A DNA stretch of 64,000 nt from an uncultured Anaerolineaceae bacterium (GTDB lineage Bacteria > Chloroflexota > Limnocylindria > Limnocylindrales > CSP1-4). Below are positions 1 through 7,979 of this stretch, one piece after another. Position numbers and translations under genes: made by a program. The notes under the pieces are model-generated. The model searched no databases. It saw only the letters and a program-made list of their open reading frames with translations, and was not told the origin of the DNA. The stretch's first letter is position 1. The number at the start of each line of letters is the position of its first letter. The stretch is from positions 13,737 to 77,736 of the forward strand of contig CAYRTS010000003.1 in assembly GCA_964427285.1 (NCBI GenBank). Reading direction: 5' to 3'.

Positions 1-117
1 GATCACCTGTAGCGCATCGTCGACCGAGGTCAGGCTGGCGATCCCTCGAACGGCGGCATCGAGGGCGGCGTGAACGTCCCCCAAGCCTCGCGGCACGCCG
101 ACGTTCCGATCGAGCAT
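1..117 (-). CDS. 5' end of a CDS that runs off the window (partial, unknown function)
   Basis: ATG at 117 on the reverse strand. Translation is MLDRNVGVPRGLGDVHAALDAAVRGIASLTSVDDALQVI..., with mostly G/C third positions. No clear SD. Too short for the ORF track. Confidence 0.25.
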   Translation of the reverse strand, partial: MLDRNVGVPRGLGDVHAALDAAVRGIASLTSVDDALQVI

Positions 118-134
118 CCGGGGGAGGATAGCAA

Positions 135-162
135 ACGGTGAGGGCCCGAAGGCCCTCACCGT
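135..162 (-). terminator. Intrinsic terminator hairpin downstream of the 201..905 gene
   Basis: Perfect 12-bp stem (135-146 / 151-162) with a 4-nt loop. On the minus strand it reads ACGGUGAGGGCC-UUCG-GGCCCUCACCGU followed by UUUGCU. It lies about 40 nt after the stop at 201. Confidence 0.6.
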
Positions 163-200
163 TCCGTGATCGAGGTTCCGGGTCGGAGACCCGTGCCGCT

Positions 201-905
201 TCAGCCCTGGGCCACAATGGTCGCCGGACGGAGGGCCGGGACCCTGACCTTCTCGGTCTCGGGCCGTGTCGCCCACACCAGGCCGACGCCCGTGATGATG
301 AACAGGGCGCCGATGCCGGCGAGGATCCCGGCCATACCGAGCCCGATCGTGAGGGCGGAGGCGGTCACGCTGCCCACGCCGAGTTCAGCGATCAGGGCGT
401 GGGCCGTGCTGGTCCAGATCGCCGCGCGTGCCGGACCCTCGATCGGGTGCGCCCGGTTGAAACCGGTCCAGTAGCGGCCGTCGTTCTGGAACTCGTACGT
501 GCCGGCTGCGAATGTCTCACCGTTGTACTCGACTGGCTCGTCGAGCACGACCGTCGTCGTGGCGTTCAGGGTGTGGTAGGCGATCGTCGCCATCTGGAAC
601 ATGTACTCGCTGGTGGTGTTGACCAGCGGATCGTTCGGGTTCAGCTCCGCGGAGTCGACCGTGTAGCCCCAGTCGGTGACGAGGAGGGCCATGATCGCCT
701 GAGCGCCTTCGACCTCGCCCCGATCGATGAGCTGTCCGGCTTCGTTGTAGGCGAGCGTGACATCCTGCGCGACGCTGAATGCCTGGAGCGCCTGGGCTCC
801 CTGGTTCGTCTTGTACAGCGCGTATCCACTGCCCGCGACGAACGCGAGCCCGAAGACTGCGAGCGCGACGCCGAGGATCTTCAATCGACCGTTCATGATG
901 TTCAT
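201..905 (-). CDS. Hypothetical bitopic/two-TM membrane protein with a ~170-aa extracytoplasmic domain
   Basis: ORF 201..1286 trimmed to the ATG at 905, which is preceded by GGAAAGGA. N-terminal TM is LKILGVALAVFGLAFVAGSGYAL; C-terminal TM is LTIGLGMAGILAGIGALFIITGVGLVW. No family recognised. Confidence 0.6.
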   Translation of the reverse strand: MNIMNGRLKILGVALAVFGLAFVAGSGYALYKTNQGAQALQAFSVAQDVTLAYNEAGQLIDRGEVEGAQAIMALLVTDWGYTVDSAELNPNDPLVNTTSEYMFQMATIAYHTLNATTTVVLDEPVEYNGETFAAGTYEFQNDGRYWTGFNRAHPIEGPARAAIWTSTAHALIAELGVGSVTASALTIGLGMAGILAGIGALFIITGVGLVWATRPETEKVRVPALRPATIVAQG

Positions 906-1453
906 CCTTTCCTGACTCCTGCCTTCTCGTTGCTGACTGACCCCAGCATCGGCGACGCATGGGGTCGGGGAGAAGGGCCAAGCCGACCCATTTGCAGGCG
1001 AATGGCCCCTCACGTGGGGGCCGAATGACACCGGTGACGCCATCCATCCGACGAATTCGCCAGCCTCTACCACTGGCGTGAGTTCGGGCCATTGGGCGGC
1101 CCGCATCGGGCGCTTCGGCTCTATGGCTACAGGCTCGGGAGCGCTTGGGTGATCGGACACGCGGACCCGCGCCCCAGATCGGAGGAAAACGCCACAGTCC
1201 AAGGTGATGTGAATCCTGCAGGACGACACCGAGCGTATCCAGGCCAGGATCCGGCTGGTAGAAACGGTTGAAAAGCGCGCGACCATCGGCGCCGGCGCCG
1301 ATCCCCGTAGGGGCGAGGTTCGCGTAGGCCCAGAAGAACGAACTCAGCATGGCGGCGAGCGGGGTCGCGACCGCCGCGCGGCGCCGCGATCAGTGCCAGC
1401 CGAAAGCGCCCGGCAGCCGATCTGGCGATCGCCGGACGCCAACGTGAACATTG

Positions 1454-1855
1454 TCAGCGGGCGACGACGACCGTAGCGCTGGCGTGGGTGGCGACGTGCT
1501 CCGACACGCTGCCCTGGAGGATCCGGTCGATCATGCCGAGGCGGCGCGCGCCAACGATGACCGTGTCATAGCCGCCTTGCTCGGCGACCTGCTCGATCAT
1601 CTTCGCCGGATCGCCCACGGGCTCGATCAGCTCCGCCTCCAGACCGTCCGCCCGGAGCAATTCCTGCGCCTCGATGAGCTCGTTCGCGTGGACCTTGCGA
1701 TCGTCCCAGGGATCGATCGGAAAGCGATCGGGTCGGCTGGGGACGACGCTGACGACGCCCAACCGAGCGCCGAAGGCCTTGCTCAGCGTGGCGGCTGCCG
1801 CCAGTGCGCGCTTCGATGGCTCGGTGCCGTCGTAAGCGACGAGAATCTTCTCCAT
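1454..1855 (-). CDS. Universal stress protein (UspA family)
   Basis: 133 aa. Begins KILVAYDGTEPS and ends with the Usp signature GSVSEHVATHASATVVVAR. Confidence 0.85.
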   Translation of the reverse strand: MEKILVAYDGTEPSKRALAAAATLSKAFGARLGVVSVVPSRPDRFPIDPWDDRKVHANELIEAQELLRADGLEAELIEPVGDPAKMIEQVAEQGGYDTVIVGARRLGMIDRILQGSVSEHVATHASATVVVAR

Positions 1856-1974
1856 TTTGTCGGACTCCTTTCGCGGGGAGTCGATGTCAGTTCTCGGCTC
1901 CTGAGACTAGGTTCGCCGCCCGATAGGAGCCGGACACCGGCCATCGGTCACGAAACGGGAGTGCCGAAGGGCGT

Positions 1975-2230
1975 GTCCTCGCCCACGGATCAGGATCCCC
2001 GATTCCGCACCCCTACCGGTCCCGACGAGGATCGCCGTCGGGGTGGCCAGACCCATCGCGCACGGGCAGGCGATGATGACCACGCCAATAAACGCGGTGA
2101 GCGCGAGGGTGACCCGTGGTTCCGGCCCGAGCGTGAACCAGGCCACGAAAGCAACGGTCGCCAGGGCCGCCAAGGCTGGAAGGGCGCGAGCGGCCTTCCA
2201 GCGGACTTTGGCATTGCATGTGCGCCACGA
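1975..2230 (-). pseudogene. Remnant of a heavy-metal P1B-type ATPase (TM5-TM6 with CPC motif only)
   Basis: The reverse translation AKVRWKAARALPALAALATVAFVAWFTLGPEPRVTLALTAFIGVVIIACPCAMGLATPTAILVGTGRGAESGILIRG matches the CPC transmembrane metal-site region of CopA/ZntA-type pumps. There is no upstream metal-binding or actuator domain and no DKTGT/ATP-binding domain. Similarity ends right after ILIRG. Confidence 0.7.
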
Positions 2231-2275
2231 CGACGTACCATCCGAGCGGTGACGCAGGAAGACCCGGCGACTGCG

Positions 2276-3046
2276 ATGTGGCGGGCGCTCCTGACCGGTG
2301 AGGACCCGTCGCTCCTCAAGGTCCGTCGGCTTTGGAAGCGAGTGCCCGCGGCGCCCCGCTGCAAGGTGTGCGCCTCGCCCCTTCACGGGTTCGGGGGCGC
2401 AGTCGCACGCATGTTCTGGCACGGACCGATGCGCGACAACCCCCTGCTGTGCAAAGCCTGCTTCGGACAGCTCGCCAAGTTCCCGGGCGGCGCCGAGATC
2501 GAAATCAGCGTGGTGTTCGCCGACGTACGCGGCTCGACCGGCCTGGCCGAGCGGATATCCACTGCACGGTATCGCGCGCTTCTCCAGGACTACTACCGCG
2601 TCACGGCGATCGCCGTCGATGCGAACGGCGGCATCGTCGACAAGTTTCTGGGCGACGGCGTCATGGCCCTGTTCATCCCGGTCATCACCGGCGAAAACCA
2701 TGCCTATCGAGCAATCGAGGCCGGCATGGCGATCCTCACATCTATCGACCGGAGCGGCCTGGTCGACAAGGGCCTCATGGTCGGAGCCGGCGTCCATACG
2801 GGCGAAGCCTTTGTCGGGGCCATTGGCAGCGACGAGAAGATCGATTTCACCGCACTTGGCGACAACGTGAACATCGCGGCGCGCCTGGGCGCGCTGGCCG
2901 GCCCTGGCGAACTGCTCGTCAGTCGCGTGACGTGGGATCGCGCCGGCCTCGGCGTCCCGCCGGAGGAGCGCGAGGTCGAGATCGCGGGGCGGACGGGAAA
3001 CCTCGCGGTGGTCCCACTCGGTCGCTCTGGGGTCACCGTGGCCTGA
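2276..3046 (+). CDS. Class III adenylate/guanylate cyclase with N-terminal CxxC...CxxC zinc ribbon
   Basis: Trimmed from ORF 1451..3046 to the ATG at 2276 (alternative GTG at 2249). Zinc ribbon: CKVCASPL...CKACF. Canonical cyclase motifs are present: VVFADVRGST, DKFLGDGVMALF, GVHTGEAFVG and GDNVNIAARL. Confidence 0.85.
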   Translation: MWRALLTGEDPSLLKVRRLWKRVPAAPRCKVCASPLHGFGGAVARMFWHGPMRDNPLLCKACFGQLAKFPGGAEIEISVVFADVRGSTGLAERISTARYRALLQDYYRVTAIAVDANGGIVDKFLGDGVMALFIPVITGENHAYRAIEAGMAILTSIDRSGLVDKGLMVGAGVHTGEAFVGAIGSDEKIDFTALGDNVNIAARLGALAGPGELLVSRVTWDRAGLGVPPEEREVEIAGRTGNLAVVPLGRSGVTVA

Positions 3047-3110
3047 GCCGGGCAACAAGGCGTGCGAGCCTGGATCCATCCTGCTGCTGCCGGGAAGCCT
3101 GAGGTCGGGG

Positions 3111-3512
3111 TTATCGCGGCGGCGGCAACCGGATCGCGCAGCGTGGTCCGTGAGCGCGCTGGACACGTTCATCGAGCGTGACGAGCGGAGCGTCCAGCGC
3201 CTCGGCAAGCGCGACATACCAGGCGTCGTAGGCCGTCAGGTTGTTGCGCAGCTCCCAGACTCGTCCGGCCTGCGGCTCGTACGGGAAGAACTCCACGCGC
3301 AGCTGGAGAAGATCCTCGTGAGCCAGGGCAGCTTCGTCGGCCGACAGGTCACCGGCGAGCACGGCACGACGAAGCACGTTCGCCACTTCGACCGGCATAA
3401 GATGCGGGGCGGCGAGTTGGTCTCGTGCGATCTCCGCGGCTGCCCATCGGCCGTCCGCCCCGTCGTCCACCAGGGCGGCGACAACCGCGCTGGCATCGAC
3501 CACGAGGGTCAA
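3111..3512 (-). CDS. vapC: PIN-domain toxin VapC
   Basis: LTLVVDASAVVAAL... PIN N-terminus with conserved Asp. The TTG start overlaps the antitoxin stop (GTTGA). ORF 3111..3593 was trimmed to this start. Confidence 0.8.
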   Translation of the reverse strand: MTLVVDASAVVAALVDDGADGRWAAAEIARDQLAAPHLMPVEVANVLRRAVLAGDLSADEAALAHEDLLQLRVEFFPYEPQAGRVWELRNNLTAYDAWYVALAEALDAPLVTLDERVQRAHGPRCAIRLPPPR

Positions 3513-3742
3513 CGTCGGTCGGCGCCGAGATGATCCAGGATCTTGCTTGCGGACAACGTCGAGCCCGCCGCGCTGACGCGTGAGCGGGCGCATGCCAGGA
3601 CCTCTTCGACAGAGGGTTTGCGCGCCAACTCAGTCAACTCCGCCAGCACGTGCGCCTGGAGCGATCGGCCGGAGCGGGCCGCGCGGGCAGCGAGTGCGTC
3701 ACGCACGTCGTCGGGCACATTGCGAATGGTGATCGAGGTCAT
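3509..3742 (-). CDS. vapB: VapB-type antitoxin (FitA/plasmid-stability-like)
   Basis: MTSITIRNVPDDVRDALAARAARSGRSLQAHVLAEL is a typical antitoxin N-terminus. It lies directly upstream of, and overlaps, the PIN gene. Confidence 0.8.
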   Translation of the reverse strand: MTSITIRNVPDDVRDALAARAARSGRSLQAHVLAELTELARKPSVEEVLACARSRVSAAGSTLSASKILDHLGADRR

Positions 3743-3864
3743 CCTCCGTAATCTAACGCCGTTGCATGCAGAATGCAAGCATGCCGCGCACGCCCGTCAG
3801 GCGGACACGGGTCCCGTTGCCCGAGGTCAAGGACGCGGCCTCGCTACAATGGCGCTGCTCTCGA

Positions 3865-3940
3865 GCGGGAGTAGCTCAGTTGGCAGAGCGTCTGCTTCCC
3901 AAGCAGAAGGTCGCGAGTTCGAGCCTCGTCTCCCGCTCCA
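3865..3940 (+). tRNA. tRNA-Gly (anticodon CCC), CCA encoded
   Basis: Hand-folded cloverleaf. Acceptor GCGGGAG/CTCCCGC; D arm GCTC-AGTTGGCA-GAGC; anticodon stem TCTGC/GCAGA with loop TTCCCAA; T arm GCGAG-TTCGAGC-CTCGT; then TCCA. Confidence 0.9.
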
Positions 3941-4046
3941 CTTCCTCGGTTCTGAGCTCAGCACACCAGCTGACCCGGTGCCTTTCATCCCGATCCTGAC
4001 GAGGGCGGGGCTGGTGCCCGCGGGGGAGGAGGCCTCGACGCCGGGC

Positions 4047-4514
4047 ATGGTCGCGTTCCCGATCGACCACGACGCGCTCGCCGGGCATGCGTCTCCCGGG
4101 CTCGAGATCCGCCGGGTGACCGACGCCGCCGGCATCGACGCCCATCGACAGGCCGTGACCGCGGGGTTTGGCTCAGACCCGGCGGTCGCCCTGGGAAGCG
4201 CGTGCCTCGATCTCCTCGACCGGCCCGAGTGCGTCGTCTACGTCGGCTACGCGGACGGTGACCCGGTCGTCAGCGGGCTGGGCTGGCGGACCGGTCGGAC
4301 CATTGGGGTCTACAGCATCGCAACGATCGAGTCGGCGCGTCGACGCGGCTATGGGGCGGCGATGACGGCGCGGGTCGTGGCCGACGGCCTGGTTGCCGGC
4401 TGCGACACCGCGGCGCTCCAGGCGAGCGAGATTGGTCGCCCGATCTATGAGCGCCTTGGCTTCCGAACTGTCGTCAGATACGCCGGGTACCTCGATCCGG
4501 CCCGTGGGGCATGA
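4047..4514 (+). CDS. GNAT family N-acetyltransferase, probably 5'-truncated
   Basis: Acetyl-CoA-binding motif IGVYSIATIESARRRGYGAAM. The ATG at 4047 is the first Met after the tRNA (alternative GTG at 3977). The usual N-terminal domain of two-domain GNATs that precedes the PGLEIRRVTD segment is absent. Confidence 0.7.
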   Translation: MVAFPIDHDALAGHASPGLEIRRVTDAAGIDAHRQAVTAGFGSDPAVALGSACLDLLDRPECVVYVGYADGDPVVSGLGWRTGRTIGVYSIATIESARRRGYGAAMTARVVADGLVAGCDTAALQASEIGRPIYERLGFRTVVRYAGYLDPARGA

Positions 4515-4602
4515 CCGCGCGTGCTGCTGGGTGGACGCGCTAGCCGATCCCGGCGATACAAGCGGGGGCTGCGGCAAACATGCCGTAGTGGGGCGACGAT
4601 GT

Positions 4603-4619
4603 GGCGTATATGGTACGCC
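4603..4619. promoter_or_regulatory. Candidate antitoxin operator palindrome upstream of the second vapBC
   Basis: GGCGTA-TATGG-TACGCC inverted repeat about 20 nt upstream of the RHH antitoxin start. A TATACT -10-like hexamer follows at 4626-4631. Confidence 0.3.
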
Positions 4620-4637
4620 TAGATGTATACTCCACCA

Positions 4638-4850
4638 ATGAAGCGCCTGCAGATCTACATCGAGGAGGAGGTGGACGACGTGCTCGCCATCCGGGCTCGA
4701 CGTGAGCACACGTCCAAGGCCGCCCTCATCCGGGAGGCCGTCCGCCGGTCGATCGGCGAGCCGGAGGCAACGCTGGACCCGTTCCACGACTGGATCGGCG
4801 GCAGTGACGTCGCGTCGGCACCGGTCGACGAGGTCGTCTACGACTCGTGA
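4638..4850 (+). CDS. vapB: Ribbon-helix-helix (CopG-like) antitoxin
   Basis: MKRLQIYIEEEVDDVLAIRARREHTSKAALIREAV is an RHH motif. An alternative ATG lies at 4623. The stop overlaps the next gene's start (GTGA). Confidence 0.8.
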   Translation: MKRLQIYIEEEVDDVLAIRARREHTSKAALIREAVRRSIGEPEATLDPFHDWIGGSDVASAPVDEVVYDS

Positions 4851-5245
4851 GGTTCGTGGATACCTCGTACTGGGTGGCGCTGCGGCTCCGGCGTGATGCC
4901 AACCACAGCGTTGCTGTCCGCCTGTGGGCACCCGGCCAACCGATCCTGACGACGAATCAGGTCGTCGGAGAGACCTGGACGTTCCTGCGCCGTCGCGACG
5001 GGCACCCCGCGGCCGCCGCCTTCTTCGACGCGGTCGAGTCGGCCAATTGGCTCACGGTCGTCCATGTCGAAGATGCGATTGAGCGCGAGGCGCGGGCCTG
5101 GCTTCGACGCCACGATGAGCGGGTCTACTCATTCGTCGATGCCACCAGTTTCGCCGTCATGCGACGAGAGCGCCTCCGGGAGGCGTTGGCGTTCGACGGC
5201 GACTTCAGCGCGGCGGGCTTCGTCGAGGCTCGACCCGAGAGCTGA
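4847..5245 (+). CDS. vapC: PIN-domain toxin VapC
   Basis: RFVDTSYWVALRLRRD... PIN N-terminus, with FVDATSFAVM near the C-terminus. There is a 4-bp overlap with the antitoxin gene. Confidence 0.8.
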   Translation: MRFVDTSYWVALRLRRDANHSVAVRLWAPGQPILTTNQVVGETWTFLRRRDGHPAAAAFFDAVESANWLTVVHVEDAIEREARAWLRRHDERVYSFVDATSFAVMRRERLREALAFDGDFSAAGFVEARPES

Positions 5246-5315
5246 TGGGGCGCCTCGCGCTGCGGGGTGCGGGCAGACTCGATGGGAGTTCGGTCCGCCG
5301 GCCGTCAGCCGACGA

Positions 5316-6482
5316 TCACCTTGGGCTGGAGCCCGGCAAGGGGCCGTCAGGCCGGGGCCTGGCCAGCTCAGGCTCCGGCCCGCGGTCCGTCTCGCGAGCA
5401 GCGAGTTCGGCGTCCAGCTGGGCGATCAGACTTGGTATGCTGGAACGGAGGGCCTCCCCATACGCCGGACCGATGTGTTCCAGCAGCCCGTTCTCCCGTT
5501 TGGTCTTCGGGGCACCGAACCGGAGGTGAATCACCGTTCCGGTCGAGGTCGGCTCGAGCTCGATCGTGTGAAGCAACTTCACGGGACCGCCGGGGGTGTC
5601 GAGGATCGTCCGATCGGTGACGTAGTCGTACGGGCGCCAATCGAGGATCTCCTCGACGACGGCGTCCTTGCCGTGCATGCAATGGTTACTCGAGCCGGGG
5701 CCGCGCCTTCCGCCTCTCGCCCCCTCCACGGTGACCTCCGTCACCCACGGCTGCCACGACATCCGCTGTCCAGGCTTGGTCAGGAAGTCCCAGGCCACCT
5801 GCGGCGGCACCCTTGTAGGCACCGACAGGGCGAGGATCGACTCCTCGGGTGTGACGAAGACGCGCGCGCGAGCCTCTTCCTCCTGCCAGCGGTGCTCCAG
5901 GTCGTGTGCCCAGGCCGGCACGTCGCCGATCCGATCGTAGGTCTCGGTGTGCCGGCGCATGCCGAGTGCGGCCGGGTCGAGGTCGGAGGCATCGATGCAC
6001 TGTTGGGTGATCAGGGCGTAAGCGTCGATGCCCAGTTGCTCGACGACCACGTTCTTCAGCAGCCGGTGCACGACGATCACGTCCGACCCAAGGAACTCCT
6101 GCCGGCCGGCGACCTTCTGGAGGATGGCGACCCCGTGGTGGACGACGAACTTGAGGTCGAGATCGGGGATGCGCGTGCAGGCGTTGCACTCACACGAGGT
6201 GGCCTGGCGGACGTCACGGCGGCGCCGGCGAAACCCGAAGTAGCAGCGCTCGATCGTGTCGAGGAGCATCGTCCCGTCGATGGTCTCGAGCGGCGCGTAG
6301 GTGAATGCCGCATCGCCCTCGAGCTTGACCAGCCGGAAGTTCGGCCGAAGTGCCGTGACGACAGCGCCGACGAGGTCGGCGAGGATGTCCTGGGCGTGGT
6401 CCAGCTCGACATCGGCGAGGTAGCCCGTGTACCCGGAGATGTCGGCGATCAGAAAGCAGGCCGGTTGCGCCGCTGGGAGCAT
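5316..6482 (-). CDS. DUF2652 (nucleotidyl-cyclase-like) fused to an SRPBCC/START-like domain
   Basis: Trimmed to the ATG at 6482. The N-terminal half, FLIADISGYTGYLADVELDHAQDIL...LVKLEGDAAFTY, is the DUF2652 signature. The C-terminal ~150 aa (PPQVAWDFLTKPGQRMSWQPW...) looks like a polyketide-cyclase/START fold. Confidence 0.7.
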   Translation of the reverse strand: MLPAAQPACFLIADISGYTGYLADVELDHAQDILADLVGAVVTALRPNFRLVKLEGDAAFTYAPLETIDGTMLLDTIERCYFGFRRRRRDVRQATSCECNACTRIPDLDLKFVVHHGVAILQKVAGRQEFLGSDVIVVHRLLKNVVVEQLGIDAYALITQQCIDASDLDPAALGMRRHTETYDRIGDVPAWAHDLEHRWQEEEARARVFVTPEESILALSVPTRVPPQVAWDFLTKPGQRMSWQPWVTEVTVEGARGGRRGPGSSNHCMHGKDAVVEEILDWRPYDYVTDRTILDTPGGPVKLLHTIELEPTSTGTVIHLRFGAPKTKRENGLLEHIGPAYGEALRSSIPSLIAQLDAELAARETDRGPEPELARPRPDGPLPGSSPR

Positions 6483-6562
6483 CGGTTCTCGCTGGAGGGG
6501 AGCGCGACGGTCGTCACTATACGTCTGGGTCCCCGGGCCGCAGGTCCCGCACGCCGCGACAG

Positions 6563-7969
6563 TCAGGCCGCGCGGCGCTCGCGCGGCAGGATGACCTCGA
6601 AGCACGTCTCCCCGGGCCGGGATCGGATCTCGATCCGGCCGCCGTGGCGGGCGATCACGCTGTACGAGATGTGGAGGCCCAGCCCGGTCCCGCTTCCGGG
6701 CGGCTTCGTCGTGTAGAAGGGTTCGAAAATCCGCTCGCGGACCTCTGGGGGCATGCCCGGACCGTTGTCGCAGATCTCCACGACCAGGTCGGCGTCGCGC
6801 GTGAACGCACGGATCCGGATCTCACCGTGTCCGCCCATGGCGTCGATCGCATTGTCCAGGATGTTCGTCCAGACCTGGTTGAGCTCGCTGCCGAATGCCT
6901 CGATCTCGGGCAGGTCCGGCTGGTATTCGCGCACAACGCTGACCCCCGCCTTGAGTTTGGGGCGCAGGATCACCAGGGTGTTGTCGAGCCCGGAGCGGAC
7001 ATCCACTCGCTGCACCGGGGCCTGATCCATGAATGAGTACTCCTTGACCGCCTTGACGATCTCGGAAATTCGTCCGGCACCGATCGCGACCTCGTCCACC
7101 AGCGCGTGGACCGTGCTGCCGGCGGCGATCCAGGTGACGATGCGGCCAAGCGCATCGCGAGGGAATTCCGCCTCGATGCGGTCGAGCTGGGCCCGATCCC
7201 ATCCGCCGCCGACGAGCGCAGGTGCGAGCTCGCTCGCCTCGGCGACGCCGCGCTCGGCGAGGAACGTCTCCAACTCCCAGGCGCGGTCGCTGGCGTCGAG
7301 CGGGTCCAGCGGCGCCCGCGCGCCGGCATGGCGAGCCACGTTCTGGGCGAGCTCGGCGACGAACGCCGCGTGCTCTTGATTGTCGACCACCGTTCCAAGC
7401 GCGGCCGTCGCCGCCGCCCAGCGGTCCAGGCCGTGCTCCAGGAGCGACGCGCTCCGCTGAACGGCTGCCGCGGGATTGTTCAACTCATGGGCCAGGCCCG
7501 CAGACAGGGTCCCGAGCGCGGCCAGCTTCTCGCGCTCTCTGAGCATCCCCTCGGTGCTGCGCAAACGGCCCAGCACCGTCCGCAGCATGGAGAGGGTCGC
7601 CGAGGGTCGGGTGCCGAGCAGCTCGAGGATCACGTCGCGCCCGATGCGCACGACCCGCGTCGGGGAGACCGCGAGCAACGAGGCGTTTCGCGGCAGTGCC
7701 TCGAAGATCGCCATCTCGCCGACGATCTCGCCGGGTCCAAGCAGCGCGATCGGAACGTCTGTCGTCCGCGATCGTTTCACGACCCGCAGCTCGCCCGACA
7801 CAATCACGAAGAGGGCGTCGCCGGGCTCGCCCTGGCTGGCGAGCAGGTCACCTCCCGCCAGGTCCATCGGTTCGCCGCCGTCCGCCACCCATGCGAAATC
7901 CTGTTCGGACAGCTCGGCAAACAACGGGATCCGGCGCAACAGCTCGCGGTCGGATCCGTCGGTGGTCAT
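6563..7969 (-). CDS. Sensor histidine kinase with N-terminal cyclic-nucleotide-binding (CAP_ED) domain
   Basis: Trimmed to the ATG at 7969. cNMP-binding region: IPLFAELSEQDF...GEIVGEMAIFEALPRNASLLA. This is followed by the H-box LSAGLAHELNNP and an HATPase with DNGPGMP and GTGLGL. Confidence 0.85.
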   Translation of the reverse strand: MTTDGSDRELLRRIPLFAELSEQDFAWVADGGEPMDLAGGDLLASQGEPGDALFVIVSGELRVVKRSRTTDVPIALLGPGEIVGEMAIFEALPRNASLLAVSPTRVVRIGRDVILELLGTRPSATLSMLRTVLGRLRSTEGMLREREKLAALGTLSAGLAHELNNPAAAVQRSASLLEHGLDRWAAATAALGTVVDNQEHAAFVAELAQNVARHAGARAPLDPLDASDRAWELETFLAERGVAEASELAPALVGGGWDRAQLDRIEAEFPRDALGRIVTWIAAGSTVHALVDEVAIGAGRISEIVKAVKEYSFMDQAPVQRVDVRSGLDNTLVILRPKLKAGVSVVREYQPDLPEIEAFGSELNQVWTNILDNAIDAMGGHGEIRIRAFTRDADLVVEICDNGPGMPPEVRERIFEPFYTTKPPGSGTGLGLHISYSVIARHGGRIEIRSRPGETCFEVILPRERRAA

Positions 7970-7979
7970 CTGGTCCCGA

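Noticed and set aside
138-1028. Long ORFs antisense to, or overlapping, well-supported genes. Examples: 138..1028 (+), 5064..6716 (+), 7476..9017 (+), 13898..15046 (-), 32694..34865 (-), 39609..42251 (+), 46843..48774 (-), 55106..56695 (-).
   Set aside because: Their translations are Arg/Pro/Gly/Ala-rich and low in complexity, with no recognisable motifs. The opposite strand encodes clear domain proteins in each case. Such open frames are expected in very GC-rich DNA.
3905-5316. Direct repeat of the tRNA-Gly 3' end that would mark an integrated element
   Set aside because: I found only a trivial 7-nt match (gagttcg near 5290). There is no convincing att-like repeat and no integrase gene.
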